A stretch of 64,000 nucleotides of DNA from Calditrichaceae bacterium (GCA_050173015.1 JBFXLE010000009.1:98913-162912); one strand, 5' to 3'; counted from the stretch's first letter, positions 8,968-17,716 are shown. The notes: generated by a model not told the origin, from the sequence alone. Numbers and translations: made by a program.

Positions 8968-9825
8968 ATGATTATAATAAATGACAAGTCAATAGAGAAA
9001 CTCAGAGACCTGATAAATGAAGAAACTGAATATCGGTCAGGTCCGAAACTCATCGAGTTTTTTAAAGACTTGGGCTTCAATGACTCTTATGGTCAAGGAT
9101 TTCCTTCTCGTTGGAAATATACTGATGATCGCCTTCGCAAAATTAACGGTAAACCAGAATTAGATAAGTGCATCAGAAAATTATTCAATCCAGTTAATTT
9201 CATTGGCAAAACTTCTGAACTTGATAACCACATCAAAAATCTGAATCAATATTTAGCTTTTGATAAATGGCAGGTAGTTCGTAATGGTACAGAAATAACT
9301 TTCAAAAAGAAAGATAAGGTTGAACTGCATGATGATTATGCAGAACTGAAAGCAGATGAATTTTTAGATAAAGAATTTGATGATATTTCAATAGATGCTC
9401 TAGGTCTTGATTCTATAGTTTCAGAAGTTCTCAAAATTCGTTTTGTAGAAATAAAGAATTGTTTTGCAGCAAAAGCACATTTGTCGGTCATTTTTCTTTC
9501 AGGCAGTAGTCTTGAAGGAATCCTACTAGGAATTGCTTTGAAGTCACCTACGGAATTCAACCAAGCTAAATCTGCACCTAAAGACAAGGAAGGCAAAGTC
9601 AAACAATTTCCTGATTGGACTTTGAGCCAACTAATTGACGTTACGTTTGAAGTTGGTCTCATCAAGGATGATGTGAAAAAATTTAGTCATGCTCTTCGAG
9701 ACTTCAGAAACTACATTCACCCATATCAGCAAGTAAGCTCGGGATTTAATCCTGATCACCATACAGCAAAAATTTGCTTTCAAGTATTGAAGGCAGGAGT
9801 ATTTCAACTATCAAAAAACAAATAA
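8968..9825 (+). CDS. Possible HEPN-domain protein (Abi-like RNase candidate) with an uncharacterized N-terminal domain
   Basis: 285 aa. The C-terminal helical region contains SHALRDFRNYIHPYQQ, an R-x6-H arrangement compatible with the HEPN Rx4-6H motif. The N-terminus (EYRSGPKLIEFFKDLGFNDSYGQGFPSRWKYT) is reminiscent of N-terminal domains of Abi/HEPN proteins. No search was run. Confidence 0.4.
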   Translation: MIIINDKSIEKLRDLINEETEYRSGPKLIEFFKDLGFNDSYGQGFPSRWKYTDDRLRKINGKPELDKCIRKLFNPVNFIGKTSELDNHIKNLNQYLAFDKWQVVRNGTEITFKKKDKVELHDDYAELKADEFLDKEFDDISIDALGLDSIVSEVLKIRFVEIKNCFAAKAHLSVIFLSGSSLEGILLGIALKSPTEFNQAKSAPKDKEGKVKQFPDWTLSQLIDVTFEVGLIKDDVKKFSHALRDFRNYIHPYQQVSSGFNPDHHTAKICFQVLKAGVFQLSKNK

Positions 9826-10164
9826 ATGGATACTACACAATTTAAAAACGGCTATTTCATTGAGAGAGTTTATCAACCAATCTCAGAAACTGAATTCAAG
9901 TGTCGACTAATAGTTAAATCAAAGGCGAATAATCAAGAAATTACAGGAATAGAGACTAAAATAAATACCGTTGAGATTGGTCAGGGATTAGCAGACTCAC
10001 AATTTAGCGTTAATCCAATAAGTTGGGAGAGATATTTGAACCAGACAATTACAATGTTATTCAACATGTTGATGCTTCGTCTGAATATTACCGACTTGCA
10101 TAATGTTGACGGAGAAGATAAAATTTCTGAATTCTTTGACGAAAATCCGTTTCACCAAAATTAA
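9826..10164 (+). CDS. Hypothetical protein, partner of the putative HEPN protein
   Basis: 112 aa. Its ATG directly abuts the upstream TAA (TAAATG). It lies in the same cassette, between attC-1 and attC-2. I recognise no motif. Confidence 0.5.
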   Translation: MDTTQFKNGYFIERVYQPISETEFKCRLIVKSKANNQEITGIETKINTVEIGQGLADSQFSVNPISWERYLNQTITMLFNMLMLRLNITDLHNVDGEDKISEFFDENPFHQN

Positions 10165-10174
10165 AAAAGCCAGT

Positions 10175-10305
10175 GCCTAACATCGGCTATAGCAAATGCG
10201 GGCTAAAGTGCTATAATGAAAGTAATTACACATAATAAACCAACTGCTAGTCGGACAAGTAAGTACCTTGAAACCCCGCACTTTCCATAGCCATGACCGT
10301 TAGCT
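10175..10305 (+). repeat. attC-like site 2
   Basis: GCCTAACatcggctatagcaaatgcgggc pairs with ccccgcactttccatagccatgaccGTTAGCt. GCCTAAC/GTTAGC is the textbook inverse-core/core pair. Confidence 0.7.
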
Positions 10306-10345
10306 GCAAGGTTAAGAGCGATACTGCAAAATTGAAAATTAAGAA

Positions 10346-11230
10346 ATGATTTTAGACTATTTAAATAAAACATTTAATAACAGAGAAATCGTATTGATTT
10401 CCTATTTGACAATTTTCATTATATGGACACTTACACAGAAAAATATTAGACAGTCCATAGTGTCTGTGATTAAAGCATTTATGGCATGGAAGATACTTGT
10501 TTCAATATTTGTGTTGTTACTATATATTGCATTGATTGCTTTTGGATTATTTAAAATTGGACTTTGGGATAAATCCATGATTAAAGATACTGTTTATTGG
10601 ACTTTTGGGGTCGGATTCATTATTATGATGAATTTTGACAAAGCATTGAAGGAAGAACACTATTTTAAGAACCTTGTCAAAGAAAATTTTAAAGTCCTTA
10701 TAATCATTGAATTTATAGTTGGAATTTATGTTTTTGGTATCATCACTGAATTTATTTTAATGCCATTTGTGATTCTATTTTCAATGTTATTAGGATACAC
10801 TGAAGTTTATAAAGAGCATGGACAAGTTCGCAAATTTTTAAATGGAATCTTTGGCATCATAGGTACGATTTATTTAATTTATTCCGGTTATCATATTTAC
10901 TCTGATTTTACTGGATTTGCAACTCTGGGGAATCTTAAAACATTTTTATTCCCTTTAATAATGTTTGTTCTATTTTTACCATTTGCATATTCCTTTGCAC
11001 TATTGGCTCATTACGAGAGCTTATTCGTTCGATTAGGTTTTTTCCTTAAAGACAAAAAATTGAGAAGATTCGCTAAGTGGAGAATATTATTGTCAGTAAA
11101 TTTTAGCATTTTAAGATTAAAACGAATAACACCTGGAATGTTATTTAGTGACTGTTCTACTAGAGAAGATATAAAAAATGAGATAAAAAATAAAATAAAC
11201 CCAGCAGCTAACACACAATATAGCCAATAA
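10346..11230 (+). CDS. Polytopic membrane protein, unknown function (single-gene cassette)
   Basis: 294 aa with about 7-8 hydrophobic segments (for example IVLISYLTIFIIWTL, ILVSIFVLLLYIALIAFGLF, FILMPFVILFSMLLGY). Its last codons overlap the inverse core of attC-3. Confidence 0.55.
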   Translation: MILDYLNKTFNNREIVLISYLTIFIIWTLTQKNIRQSIVSVIKAFMAWKILVSIFVLLLYIALIAFGLFKIGLWDKSMIKDTVYWTFGVGFIIMMNFDKALKEEHYFKNLVKENFKVLIIIEFIVGIYVFGIITEFILMPFVILFSMLLGYTEVYKEHGQVRKFLNGIFGIIGTIYLIYSGYHIYSDFTGFATLGNLKTFLFPLIMFVLFLPFAYSFALLAHYESLFVRLGFFLKDKKLRRFAKWRILLSVNFSILRLKRITPGMLFSDCSTREDIKNEIKNKINPAANTQYSQ

Positions 11231-11340
11231 GGGTTTCAGTGGTATGCAAAGGGTTGTAGTGTAGCCCGCTCCAACTTTTCGTGTAACTTGATAGGAAATC
11301 ACCCGCAATCCCTTACTGGCCATATTGTCAAGCGTTAGCT
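11207..11340 (+). repeat. attC-like site 3 (subtype Y)
   Basis: GCTAACacacaatatagccaataaggg pairs with cccttactggccatattgtcaagcGTTAGCt. It shares the gcaatcccttac right arm and the gtaacttgata centre with the sites at 20082 and 28024. Confidence 0.7.
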
Positions 11341-11669
11341 CCAAGGCTAAAAAATAGAAACAAAAAGAATAAAATATTTGCCAAAAGGATGAAAATAGAA
11401 CGCCGCCTATGCGGCGTTATTGTTTTGCGACGCGGTTGCTTGCGCAGGGTACGGATTTAAGATATATTCAGGAGTAGTTATGTCATATTAGTCCCGGGAC
11501 GACTGAACTGCACACGTCTCAAATAAGTCAATTGATTGAATAAGGAATTCTGTTGATGATATTTTTGAAAGGGATTAGTTAATCGTAAAAAAAATATATA
11601 AACAATTGTTCATATACCGCTGATTTGGGTGGATAAGAACAATAACATATACACGCACGTTAGGTTGCA
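11341..11669 (+). repeat. Scaffold repeat copy 2: leader, integrase vestige, hairpin, GTT core
   Basis: Starts immediately after the attC-3 core. It translates as TPPMRRYCFATRLLAQGTDLRYIQE*. It carries the hairpin AACGCCGC-ctat-GCGGCGTT followed by attgtttt, and ends GTTAGGT at 11659, 25 bp before the next ATG. Confidence 0.85.
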
Positions 11670-11683
11670 TTAAAAAAGAAACC

Positions 11684-12268
11684 ATGAAACTATATCACAG
11701 ATACAACATAAAGAGAAAACAAGAACATTTATTTTTGGAGTTTATCTTGAATAATATTCCAGGAATAAATTATTTAAAAGAGAATTATCGTCTTACAGAA
11801 AATGAATATGATTCATCAATTGAGATAAAACCCATAATTGATTCATTAAAAAATGACACTTGGTTACCAAAAAAGCGTAAACAAAATTGCATTGACATTT
11901 TACAGGACATTAAACTTAATCATGACAAGGTCGTAGTATTTGAATCGGTTAATAAAATATCATTTGATTTCACTATTAAAATAGATAGTGACTTGTTTTT
12001 CTTTGAATTACACGAAGACCAACACAAGAAGTTAAAAGTAAATAGACAGTCAAAAATATTTGATATCCAAGGAAATGAAATTTTTGTTCCTCGTTATTTA
12101 CAAAGATTATTAAAGGATATTTGGCGCTGGGAGAATCTTGACAACTACAAGATAATTTGGGCTGACTGGTTTATTTCATCATCAAATAAACTTTCTAACT
12201 TGTTGGAAAAAGGAAAAATCGAATACGGAATAGATAATACATTTCAATTTAAAAACTTAGGAATATGA
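11684..12268 (+). CDS. Hypothetical protein, possibly a DUF559/Vsr-like (PD-(D/E)xK-fold) endonuclease
   Basis: 194 aa. SFDFTIKIDSDLFFFELHEDQHKK followed by RYLQRLLKDIWRWENL loosely resembles the DF...(hydrophobic)E.DG..H...D..R..L pattern of DUF559. This is weak, by-eye evidence only. Confidence 0.3.
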   Translation: MKLYHRYNIKRKQEHLFLEFILNNIPGINYLKENYRLTENEYDSSIEIKPIIDSLKNDTWLPKKRKQNCIDILQDIKLNHDKVVVFESVNKISFDFTIKIDSDLFFFELHEDQHKKLKVNRQSKIFDIQGNEIFVPRYLQRLLKDIWRWENLDNYKIIWADWFISSSNKLSNLLEKGKIEYGIDNTFQFKNLGI

Positions 12269-12717
12269 ATATTGAAGAATTGGAACAAAAGATTGCGAAA
12301 CTTAGAAACGAAATAAAAAAGGATACTCTAGAACTTGAGAATGTTCCCGAAAGATTTATTTCAGTAATCAAAGGAGAACTGAAAACAAAAGAAGGTAGAT
12401 TAATTGATTTGGAGTTAAAACTGGATGATTTAATTGAAAATGGAATTACTGATAGGCTGCAAAAGCCAATTGATGAATTACAAGAGAAAATTAAATCGTT
12501 TATTCTTGATTATCAATTTCAATATCCACAGGACAAAGAAATGTTTATCTATCAAATTGCATTTGAAGAAAATGATGATGAACTCTTGATAAGCTTAAAA
12601 CCAAAGGAAAAAACCACAAATCGATTGAACAAATACAACAAGGATTTACTAAAAGTTACAATAGAGAACAAAGTAATACAAGAACCAAAAGCTACTGACC
12701 TTTTATTAAGACTTTAA
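12265..12717 (+). CDS. Hypothetical coiled-coil protein
   Basis: 150 aa. ATGA start/stop overlap with the upstream ORF. The N-terminal 80 aa are heptad-like and charged (EELEQKIAKLRNEIKKDTLELEN...). No motif recognised. Confidence 0.5.
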   Translation: MNIEELEQKIAKLRNEIKKDTLELENVPERFISVIKGELKTKEGRLIDLELKLDDLIENGITDRLQKPIDELQEKIKSFILDYQFQYPQDKEMFIYQIAFEENDDELLISLKPKEKTTNRLNKYNKDLLKVTIENKVIQEPKATDLLLRL

Positions 12718-12792
12718 AGCACTTTTCAATTAAAAAAGTTAAATCACTTGACCTTGTATTCTTAGGAGTTCCCTTAATCGCTGAATATAGCC

Positions 12793-12932
12793 ATGACAAA
12801 TATCAATAGAAACAAATATCAAACAACCTTTTCGTTTTGACTCAGATTTCCAAAGATAAAAAGAAAGAAATTCTTGAATATATTGCAGAAAAATTCAATC
12901 AGAGTATAAAAATCGAATTTGTGAAGAAATAA
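12793..12932 (+). pseudogene. Possible frameshifted small ORF at the end of the cassette
   Basis: ATG at 12793 gives MTNINRNKYQTTFSF then a stop. The -1 frame continues LTQISKDKKKEILEYIAEKFNQSIKIEFVKK*. That stop (12930-12932) lies inside the inverse core of attC-4, mirroring the overlap of the 3' end of ORF 10346-11230 with the inverse core of attC-3. Confidence 0.25.
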
Positions 12933-13074
12933 CGCAACCTAGCACGCAATAAAAAACATAGGGCAGAAAGTGCAAAAATTGAACGACATAACATTTAATA
13001 AACGACTTGGTAACTTGACAGGGAAGTGCTTCGAAATGCCAAACGTTTCATATACGTAACCGATAGCGTTCATT
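12928..13074 (+). repeat. attC-like site 4 (subtype X)
   Basis: AATAACgcaacctagcacgcaataaaaaacatagggca pairs imperfectly with tgccaaacgtttcatatacgtaaccgatagcGTTcATT. It shares aataacgc and gaaatgccaaacg with the site at 21575. The core is weaker than in the other sites. Confidence 0.5.
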
Positions 13075-13149
13075 GTAAGGAGACAAAACAACCGTCAGAA
13101 TAATTATGGTATTTTTGCTGCATGAAGAAAAAAGAAAATATGGAAATAG

Positions 13150-13227
13150 CCACCGCACAAATGGCATATTTGGTTTTTGCCGACGCACAGCCAAACGCTG
13201 AAAAAACCAAAAGAGCCATTTCTTGCC
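13150..13227 (+). repeat. IR-B1: structured inverted repeat of about 75 bp forming the 5' leader of hsdR
   Basis: The arms aaatggcatatttggttttt and aaaaaccaaaagagccattt are 17/20 complementary around a spacer of about 23 nt (gccgacgcacagccaaacgctg). It is homologous to 21722-21795 through to the start codon. Confidence 0.75.
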
Positions 13228-13251
13228 ATCTCACGACTGAAAGATAATGAT

Positions 13252-16098
13252 ATGACAACATATAAAAATCAAAATCCTGAACAAATAGCCAGAGACAAAA
13301 TTGACAAAATGTTAATTGAAGCTGGTTGGATTGTTCAATCTAAAAATGAAGTTGACTTGGGTGCAGGCAGAGGTGTTGCGTTGAGAGAATACCAAACGGA
13401 AACAAAATTTGCGGATTATGTGCTGTTTGTTGACAAAAACCCTGTTGGAATTATTGAGGCAAAAAAAGAAGACGAAGGACATAAACTAACCGTAGCGGAA
13501 GACCAAGCCTCTGAATATGCCAAAGCAAAACTAAAATATTTGGATAACGACCCATTGCCTTTTGTTTTTGAGAGTACCGGAACAATAACCCGTTTTAGAG
13601 ATACACGAGACCCAAAACCAAGAGGGCGACATATTTTTTGGTTTTACCGTCCCGAAACATTGGCGGAATGGCTACAAAAAGATAAAAGTTTAAGAGGTAG
13701 ATTATTAGATATTCCGCAATTAAATGAGACTGGGCTTCGCCCTGCTCAAATTAAGGCGATTAATAACCTTGAACAATCTTTTAAAAAGAACAAGCCAAAA
13801 GCTTTAATACAAATGGCTACCGGAGCAGGTAAAACTTTTACTGCCTGTACTTTTGTGTATCGCTTATTGGAACACGCCAAAGCCAAACGGATTTTATTTT
13901 TGGTTGACACCAAAAACTTAGGAGAACAAGCAGAACAGGAGTTTATGGCTTTTCAGCCCAACGACAGCAATCGCAAATTCACAGAATTGTATAATGTACA
14001 GCGTCTTACTTCAAGCTACATAGCAAGCGATAGTCAGGTTTGTATCTCTACCATTCAACGGATGTATGCCATTTTAAAAGGTGAAGAACTAGACGAAGGA
14101 GCCGAAGATACAAACCCGAACGAATCGACCTGGATGGAACAACAGCGAAATAAAAAACAGGCAATGCCTGTGGAATATTCTGCCAAAGTACCCATTGAAC
14201 AATTCGATTTTATTGTAATTGATGAATGCCACCGCTCTATTTACAATCTTTGGAAACAAGTGTTGGATTATTTCGATGCTTTCCTTATCGGCTTAACTGC
14301 CACACCCGATAAGCGAACTTTTGGCTTTTTTGAGGAAAATGTAGTGAGCGAATATACCTATGAAGAATCTGTGTTGGATGGTGTAAATGTTCCTTACGAT
14401 GTGTACAATATTGAAACTGAAATTTCGCAAAAAGGCAGTGTGATAAAAGCAGGTTGGTTTGTGGACAGACGAGATAAGCTCACCCGAAAAACGCGTTGGC
14501 AACAAGAAGATGAAGACACCGAATATTTGAAAAACGATTTGGATAAAAAGGTCGTTAATCCAAGCCAGATACGGAATATTATTCGCCAATACAAAAAAGC
14601 ATTGGAAACCGAAATTTTCCCGAACAGAAAAGACGAAAATGGAGAATACGAAGTTCCTAAAACACTGGTTTTTGCAAAAACTGACAGCCACGCGGATGAT
14701 ATAATCAAAATCATTCGTAAAGAATTTGACGAAGGCGATGATTTCTGCAAAAAACTGACTTATAAAATAAAAGAAGACCCAAAATCGGTGTTAAACCGTT
14801 TTCGGAATTCATATCATCCCCGCATTGCGGTTACGGTAGATATGATTGCAACGGGAACCGATGTAAAACCTTTGGAAGTGTTGTTGTTTATGCGTGATGT
14901 TAAAAGCACCAACTACTTTGAACAAATGAAGGGTAGAGGAACACGCACCATTAACAAAGATGCTTTTCAGGCAAACAACACCAATGTAAAAGGGGCTTGC
15001 AAAACCCATTTTATTATTGTGGATGCAGTTGGCGTAACAAAGTCGAAGAAAACCGACAGCCGGCCTTTGGAACGCAAACCAACTGTAGCCTTAAAAGATT
15101 TATTGGGAGCGGTAACAATGGGAGTTACCGAAGAAGATTTGTTTCTTTCGCTTGCAAATCGTTTGATACGATTAGAAAAAGAAATTACCGACAAGGAAAA
15201 AGATAAATTACTGGAACATTCCAAAGGCAAAAATCTGAAACAAATCAGCAAAGAATTATTATCGGCTTTTGATAAAGATGAAATTGAAAACAGAGCACAG
15301 GAAAAAATTGAAAAATTCTGTAAAGACGCCCTACAGGGCGTCTCTTCTGCTGCCGATTTATCTCCGGCACAAATAGAATCTTTCCGACAGGACGCACAGA
15401 AAGAATTGATTAATACCGCCGCTTCTACTTTTAACGGAAAGCTGAACGATTATATTGAAAAAGTGCGTATGGAACACGAGCAAATTATCGACAGCCACAA
15501 TATCGACACCGTAACAAAATCGGAATGGGACACCGCTTCGGTGGATAAAGCCAAAGAAACTGTAAAAGATTTTAACGAATACCTCGAAGCCAATCAGGAC
15601 GAGATAAAAGCATTGACCATTTTTTACAAACAACCCTACAACCGCCGAAACATTACCTTTAAAATGATTAAAGATGTGTTTGATAAACTGAAATTGGATA
15701 AACCCACCCTTGCCCCCGATTATGTTTGGGCGGCATACAGCCAATTGGAAGAGGTAAAAAGCAAACAACCGATTGACGAACTCACCGCGTTAATTTCGTT
15801 AATTCGCAGGGCTTGCGGAATTGACAGCGAGTTGAAAGCTTTTGATTCCACCATTGACGAAAATTTCAAAAACTGGATTTTCAAACAAAACGCAGGCAAG
15901 CACAACCGCTTTACAACCGAACAAATGGACTGGCTGCGAGAACTGAAAAATCACGTAGTAAATTCGTATCACATAGAAATTGAAGACCTCGATTATACAC
16001 CCTTTGATGAAAAAGGAGGACGTGGCAAAATGTACCAACTCTTTGGTGCCGAAATGAACGATATTATTAATGAACTTAACGAGGTATTAGCAGCATAA
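13252..16098 (+). CDS. hsdR: Type I restriction enzyme R subunit (HsdR), with an EcoEI-type C-terminal domain
   Basis: The N-terminus KIDKMLIEAGWIV...ADYVLFVD..PVGIIEAKKE is the HsdR_N nuclease fold. It also has helicase motif I (MATGAGKTFT), DECH (IVIDECHRS) and TATP, plus a C-terminal tail like EcoEI_R_C. I prefer the ATG at 13252 over the track start at 13177, which lies inside IR-B1. Confidence 0.85.
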   Translation: MTTYKNQNPEQIARDKIDKMLIEAGWIVQSKNEVDLGAGRGVALREYQTETKFADYVLFVDKNPVGIIEAKKEDEGHKLTVAEDQASEYAKAKLKYLDNDPLPFVFESTGTITRFRDTRDPKPRGRHIFWFYRPETLAEWLQKDKSLRGRLLDIPQLNETGLRPAQIKAINNLEQSFKKNKPKALIQMATGAGKTFTACTFVYRLLEHAKAKRILFLVDTKNLGEQAEQEFMAFQPNDSNRKFTELYNVQRLTSSYIASDSQVCISTIQRMYAILKGEELDEGAEDTNPNESTWMEQQRNKKQAMPVEYSAKVPIEQFDFIVIDECHRSIYNLWKQVLDYFDAFLIGLTATPDKRTFGFFEENVVSEYTYEESVLDGVNVPYDVYNIETEISQKGSVIKAGWFVDRRDKLTRKTRWQQEDEDTEYLKNDLDKKVVNPSQIRNIIRQYKKALETEIFPNRKDENGEYEVPKTLVFAKTDSHADDIIKIIRKEFDEGDDFCKKLTYKIKEDPKSVLNRFRNSYHPRIAVTVDMIATGTDVKPLEVLLFMRDVKSTNYFEQMKGRGTRTINKDAFQANNTNVKGACKTHFIIVDAVGVTKSKKTDSRPLERKPTVALKDLLGAVTMGVTEEDLFLSLANRLIRLEKEITDKEKDKLLEHSKGKNLKQISKELLSAFDKDEIENRAQEKIEKFCKDALQGVSSAADLSPAQIESFRQDAQKELINTAASTFNGKLNDYIEKVRMEHEQIIDSHNIDTVTKSEWDTASVDKAKETVKDFNEYLEANQDEIKALTIFYKQPYNRRNITFKMIKDVFDKLKLDKPTLAPDYVWAAYSQLEEVKSKQPIDELTALISLIRRACGIDSELKAFDSTIDENFKNWIFKQNAGKHNRFTTEQMDWLRELKNHVVNSYHIEIEDLDYTPFDEKGGRGKMYQLFGAEMNDIINELNEVLAA

Positions 16099-17636
16099 TG
16101 AGAGAAGATTGGATTGACGTTGAATTAAAAGATGTTTGCCTAAGTTCAAAGGGAAAGAAACCAAGTGTTTTAGAAAAAAATAATTCTGAAACTGCTAATG
16201 TGCCATATATAAATATCAAAGCTTTTGAGAAAGGTATAATAGAAGAATACACTGATGGTGAAAAATGCAATTTATGTGAAGATGGTGACTTGTTAATGGT
16301 TTGGGATGGTGCAAGGGCTGGGCTTACAGGTAAAGCTAAAAAAGGTGCTGTTGGTTCAACACTAATGAGAATTGAAGAAGTAAAAGGTATTGAAAAGGAA
16401 TATTTATATTATTTTCTTTTATCACTTTTTACAAAGATTAATACAAATCCAAGAGGTGTTGGTATTCCACATGTTGAACCACGAATACTATGGTTGTCAA
16501 AAGTATTAATTGTTAGCAGTCCCATCCAACGAGCAATAGTATCCAAAATCGAAGCCCTGTTTTCCGATTTGGACAACGGCATCGCCAATTTAAAAAAAGC
16601 ACAGGAGCAATTAAAAATATACCGTCAAGCGGTTTTGAAAAAGGCCTTTGAGGGCGAACTCACAAAAGAATGGCGTGAAAAGATTGTACAGACGCCCAAT
16701 TTGGGCGTATCAACGCCCCTGCCAACAGCCGAAGAACTGCTAAAACAAATAAAAGAAGAACGCCAAAACCACTACAACCAACAAATTGAAGACTGGAAAA
16801 AAGCGGTTAAGGAATGGGAGAAAAATGGGAAAGTTGGGAAGAAGCCAAGTAAGCCTAAGCAGCAAAAAGAATTGCCACCTTTAAATGAGGAAGAATTGAA
16901 TGAGCTGCCGAAATTGCCAAAGTCAATGGTATGGACACAACTTGGAAATGTGGTTTGGTCTGTAAAAGATGGACCTCATTTTAGCCCTAAATATTCAAAA
17001 ACTGGTATACCCTTTATCTCAGGTGGGAATATTAGACCAGAAAAAATTGACTTTGAAAAAGTAAAATATATTTCAGAAGAGCTTCATAAGGAACTAAGTC
17101 GAAGATGTAAACCACAATTAGATGACATTCTATACACCAAAGGCGGAACAACTGGAATTGCAAAAGTTAATACATATAAATTTGATTTTAATGTTTGGGT
17201 GCATGTAGCAGTATTAAGACCAATCCAAATGATTTTACCATTATATTTACAACATGTTTTAAATTCTTCTCATTGTTATAAACAATCGCAAGAATATACA
17301 CATGGGGTTGGTAATCAAGATTTAGGTTTAACAAGAATGATTTTAATCACACTGCCTATTTGTTGTAAAGAAGAACAAACCCAAATCGTCCAAGAAATAG
17401 AAAGCCGTTTATCGGTTTGCGACAAAGTAGAGCAAAGCATAACCGAAAGCCTTGAAAAAGCCGAAGCCCTTCGCCAAAGCATTCTTAAAAAAGCATTTGA
17501 GGGCAAATTATTAAGCGAAGCTGAAATAGAACAATGCAAAAAGGCAGCCGATTACGAACCTGCGGCAAAATTGTTGGAACGAATAAAACAGGAAAAAATA
17601 AATAAGGATAATAATAAAAAAACAAAATCAAAATAA
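16098..17636 (+). CDS. hsdS: Type I restriction-modification specificity subunit (HsdS)
   Basis: 512 aa. Two target-recognition halves are each followed by the conserved helix LKKAFEG(E/K)L (at about aa 180 and about aa 470). TAATG overlap with hsdR. The central linker carries a REP-like insertion. Confidence 0.85.
   Translation: MREDWIDVELKDVCLSSKGKKPSVLEKNNSETANVPYINIKAFEKGIIEEYTDGEKCNLCEDGDLLMVWDGARAGLTGKAKKGAVGSTLMRIEEVKGIEKEYLYYFLLSLFTKINTNPRGVGIPHVEPRILWLSKVLIVSSPIQRAIVSKIEALFSDLDNGIANLKKAQEQLKIYRQAVLKKAFEGELTKEWREKIVQTPNLGVSTPLPTAEELLKQIKEERQNHYNQQIEDWKKAVKEWEKNGKVGKKPSKPKQQKELPPLNEEELNELPKLPKSMVWTQLGNVVWSVKDGPHFSPKYSKTGIPFISGGNIRPEKIDFEKVKYISEELHKELSRRCKPQLDDILYTKGGTTGIAKVNTYKFDFNVWVHVAVLRPIQMILPLYLQHVLNSSHCYKQSQEYTHGVGNQDLGLTRMILITLPICCKEEQTQIVQEIESRLSVCDKVEQSITESLEKAEALRQSILKKAFEGKLLSEAEIEQCKKAADYEPAAKLLERIKQEKINKDNNKKTKSK
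16691..16708. repeat. REP-like palindrome a (partial), in frame inside hsdS
   Basis: GACGCCCAATTTGGGCGT, translated as QTPNLGVS in the HsdS central linker. Confidence 0.8.
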
Positions 17637-17687
17637 TTGTGAAACGCGTTGGACGTATTTGTCGCATTTGACGCGTTGGACGCATTG

Positions 17688-17716
17688 GTAGAGACGCCCA
17701 ATTTGGGCGTCTCTAC
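17688..17716. repeat. REP-like palindrome b (29 nt)
   Basis: GTAGAGACGCCCAATTTGGGCGTCTCTAC. It lies between hsdS and the RAYT gene, flanked by cgttggacg motifs and gatccc/gacgac short repeats. Confidence 0.85.

Noticed and set aside
13177-13251. The track start of hsdR at 13177.
   Set aside because: The first 25 codons lie inside IR-B1 and have no HsdR-like sequence. The conserved N-terminus begins at the ATG at 13252 (MTTYKNQNPEQIARDKIDKML).
14293-15768. Several antisense ORFs of 60-136 aa inside hsdR. Similar ones occur inside sufB/sufD/sufS, pyk, the sensor kinase and the STAND gene.
   Set aside because: They are shadow ORFs opposite strongly supported genes, with no independent signals.
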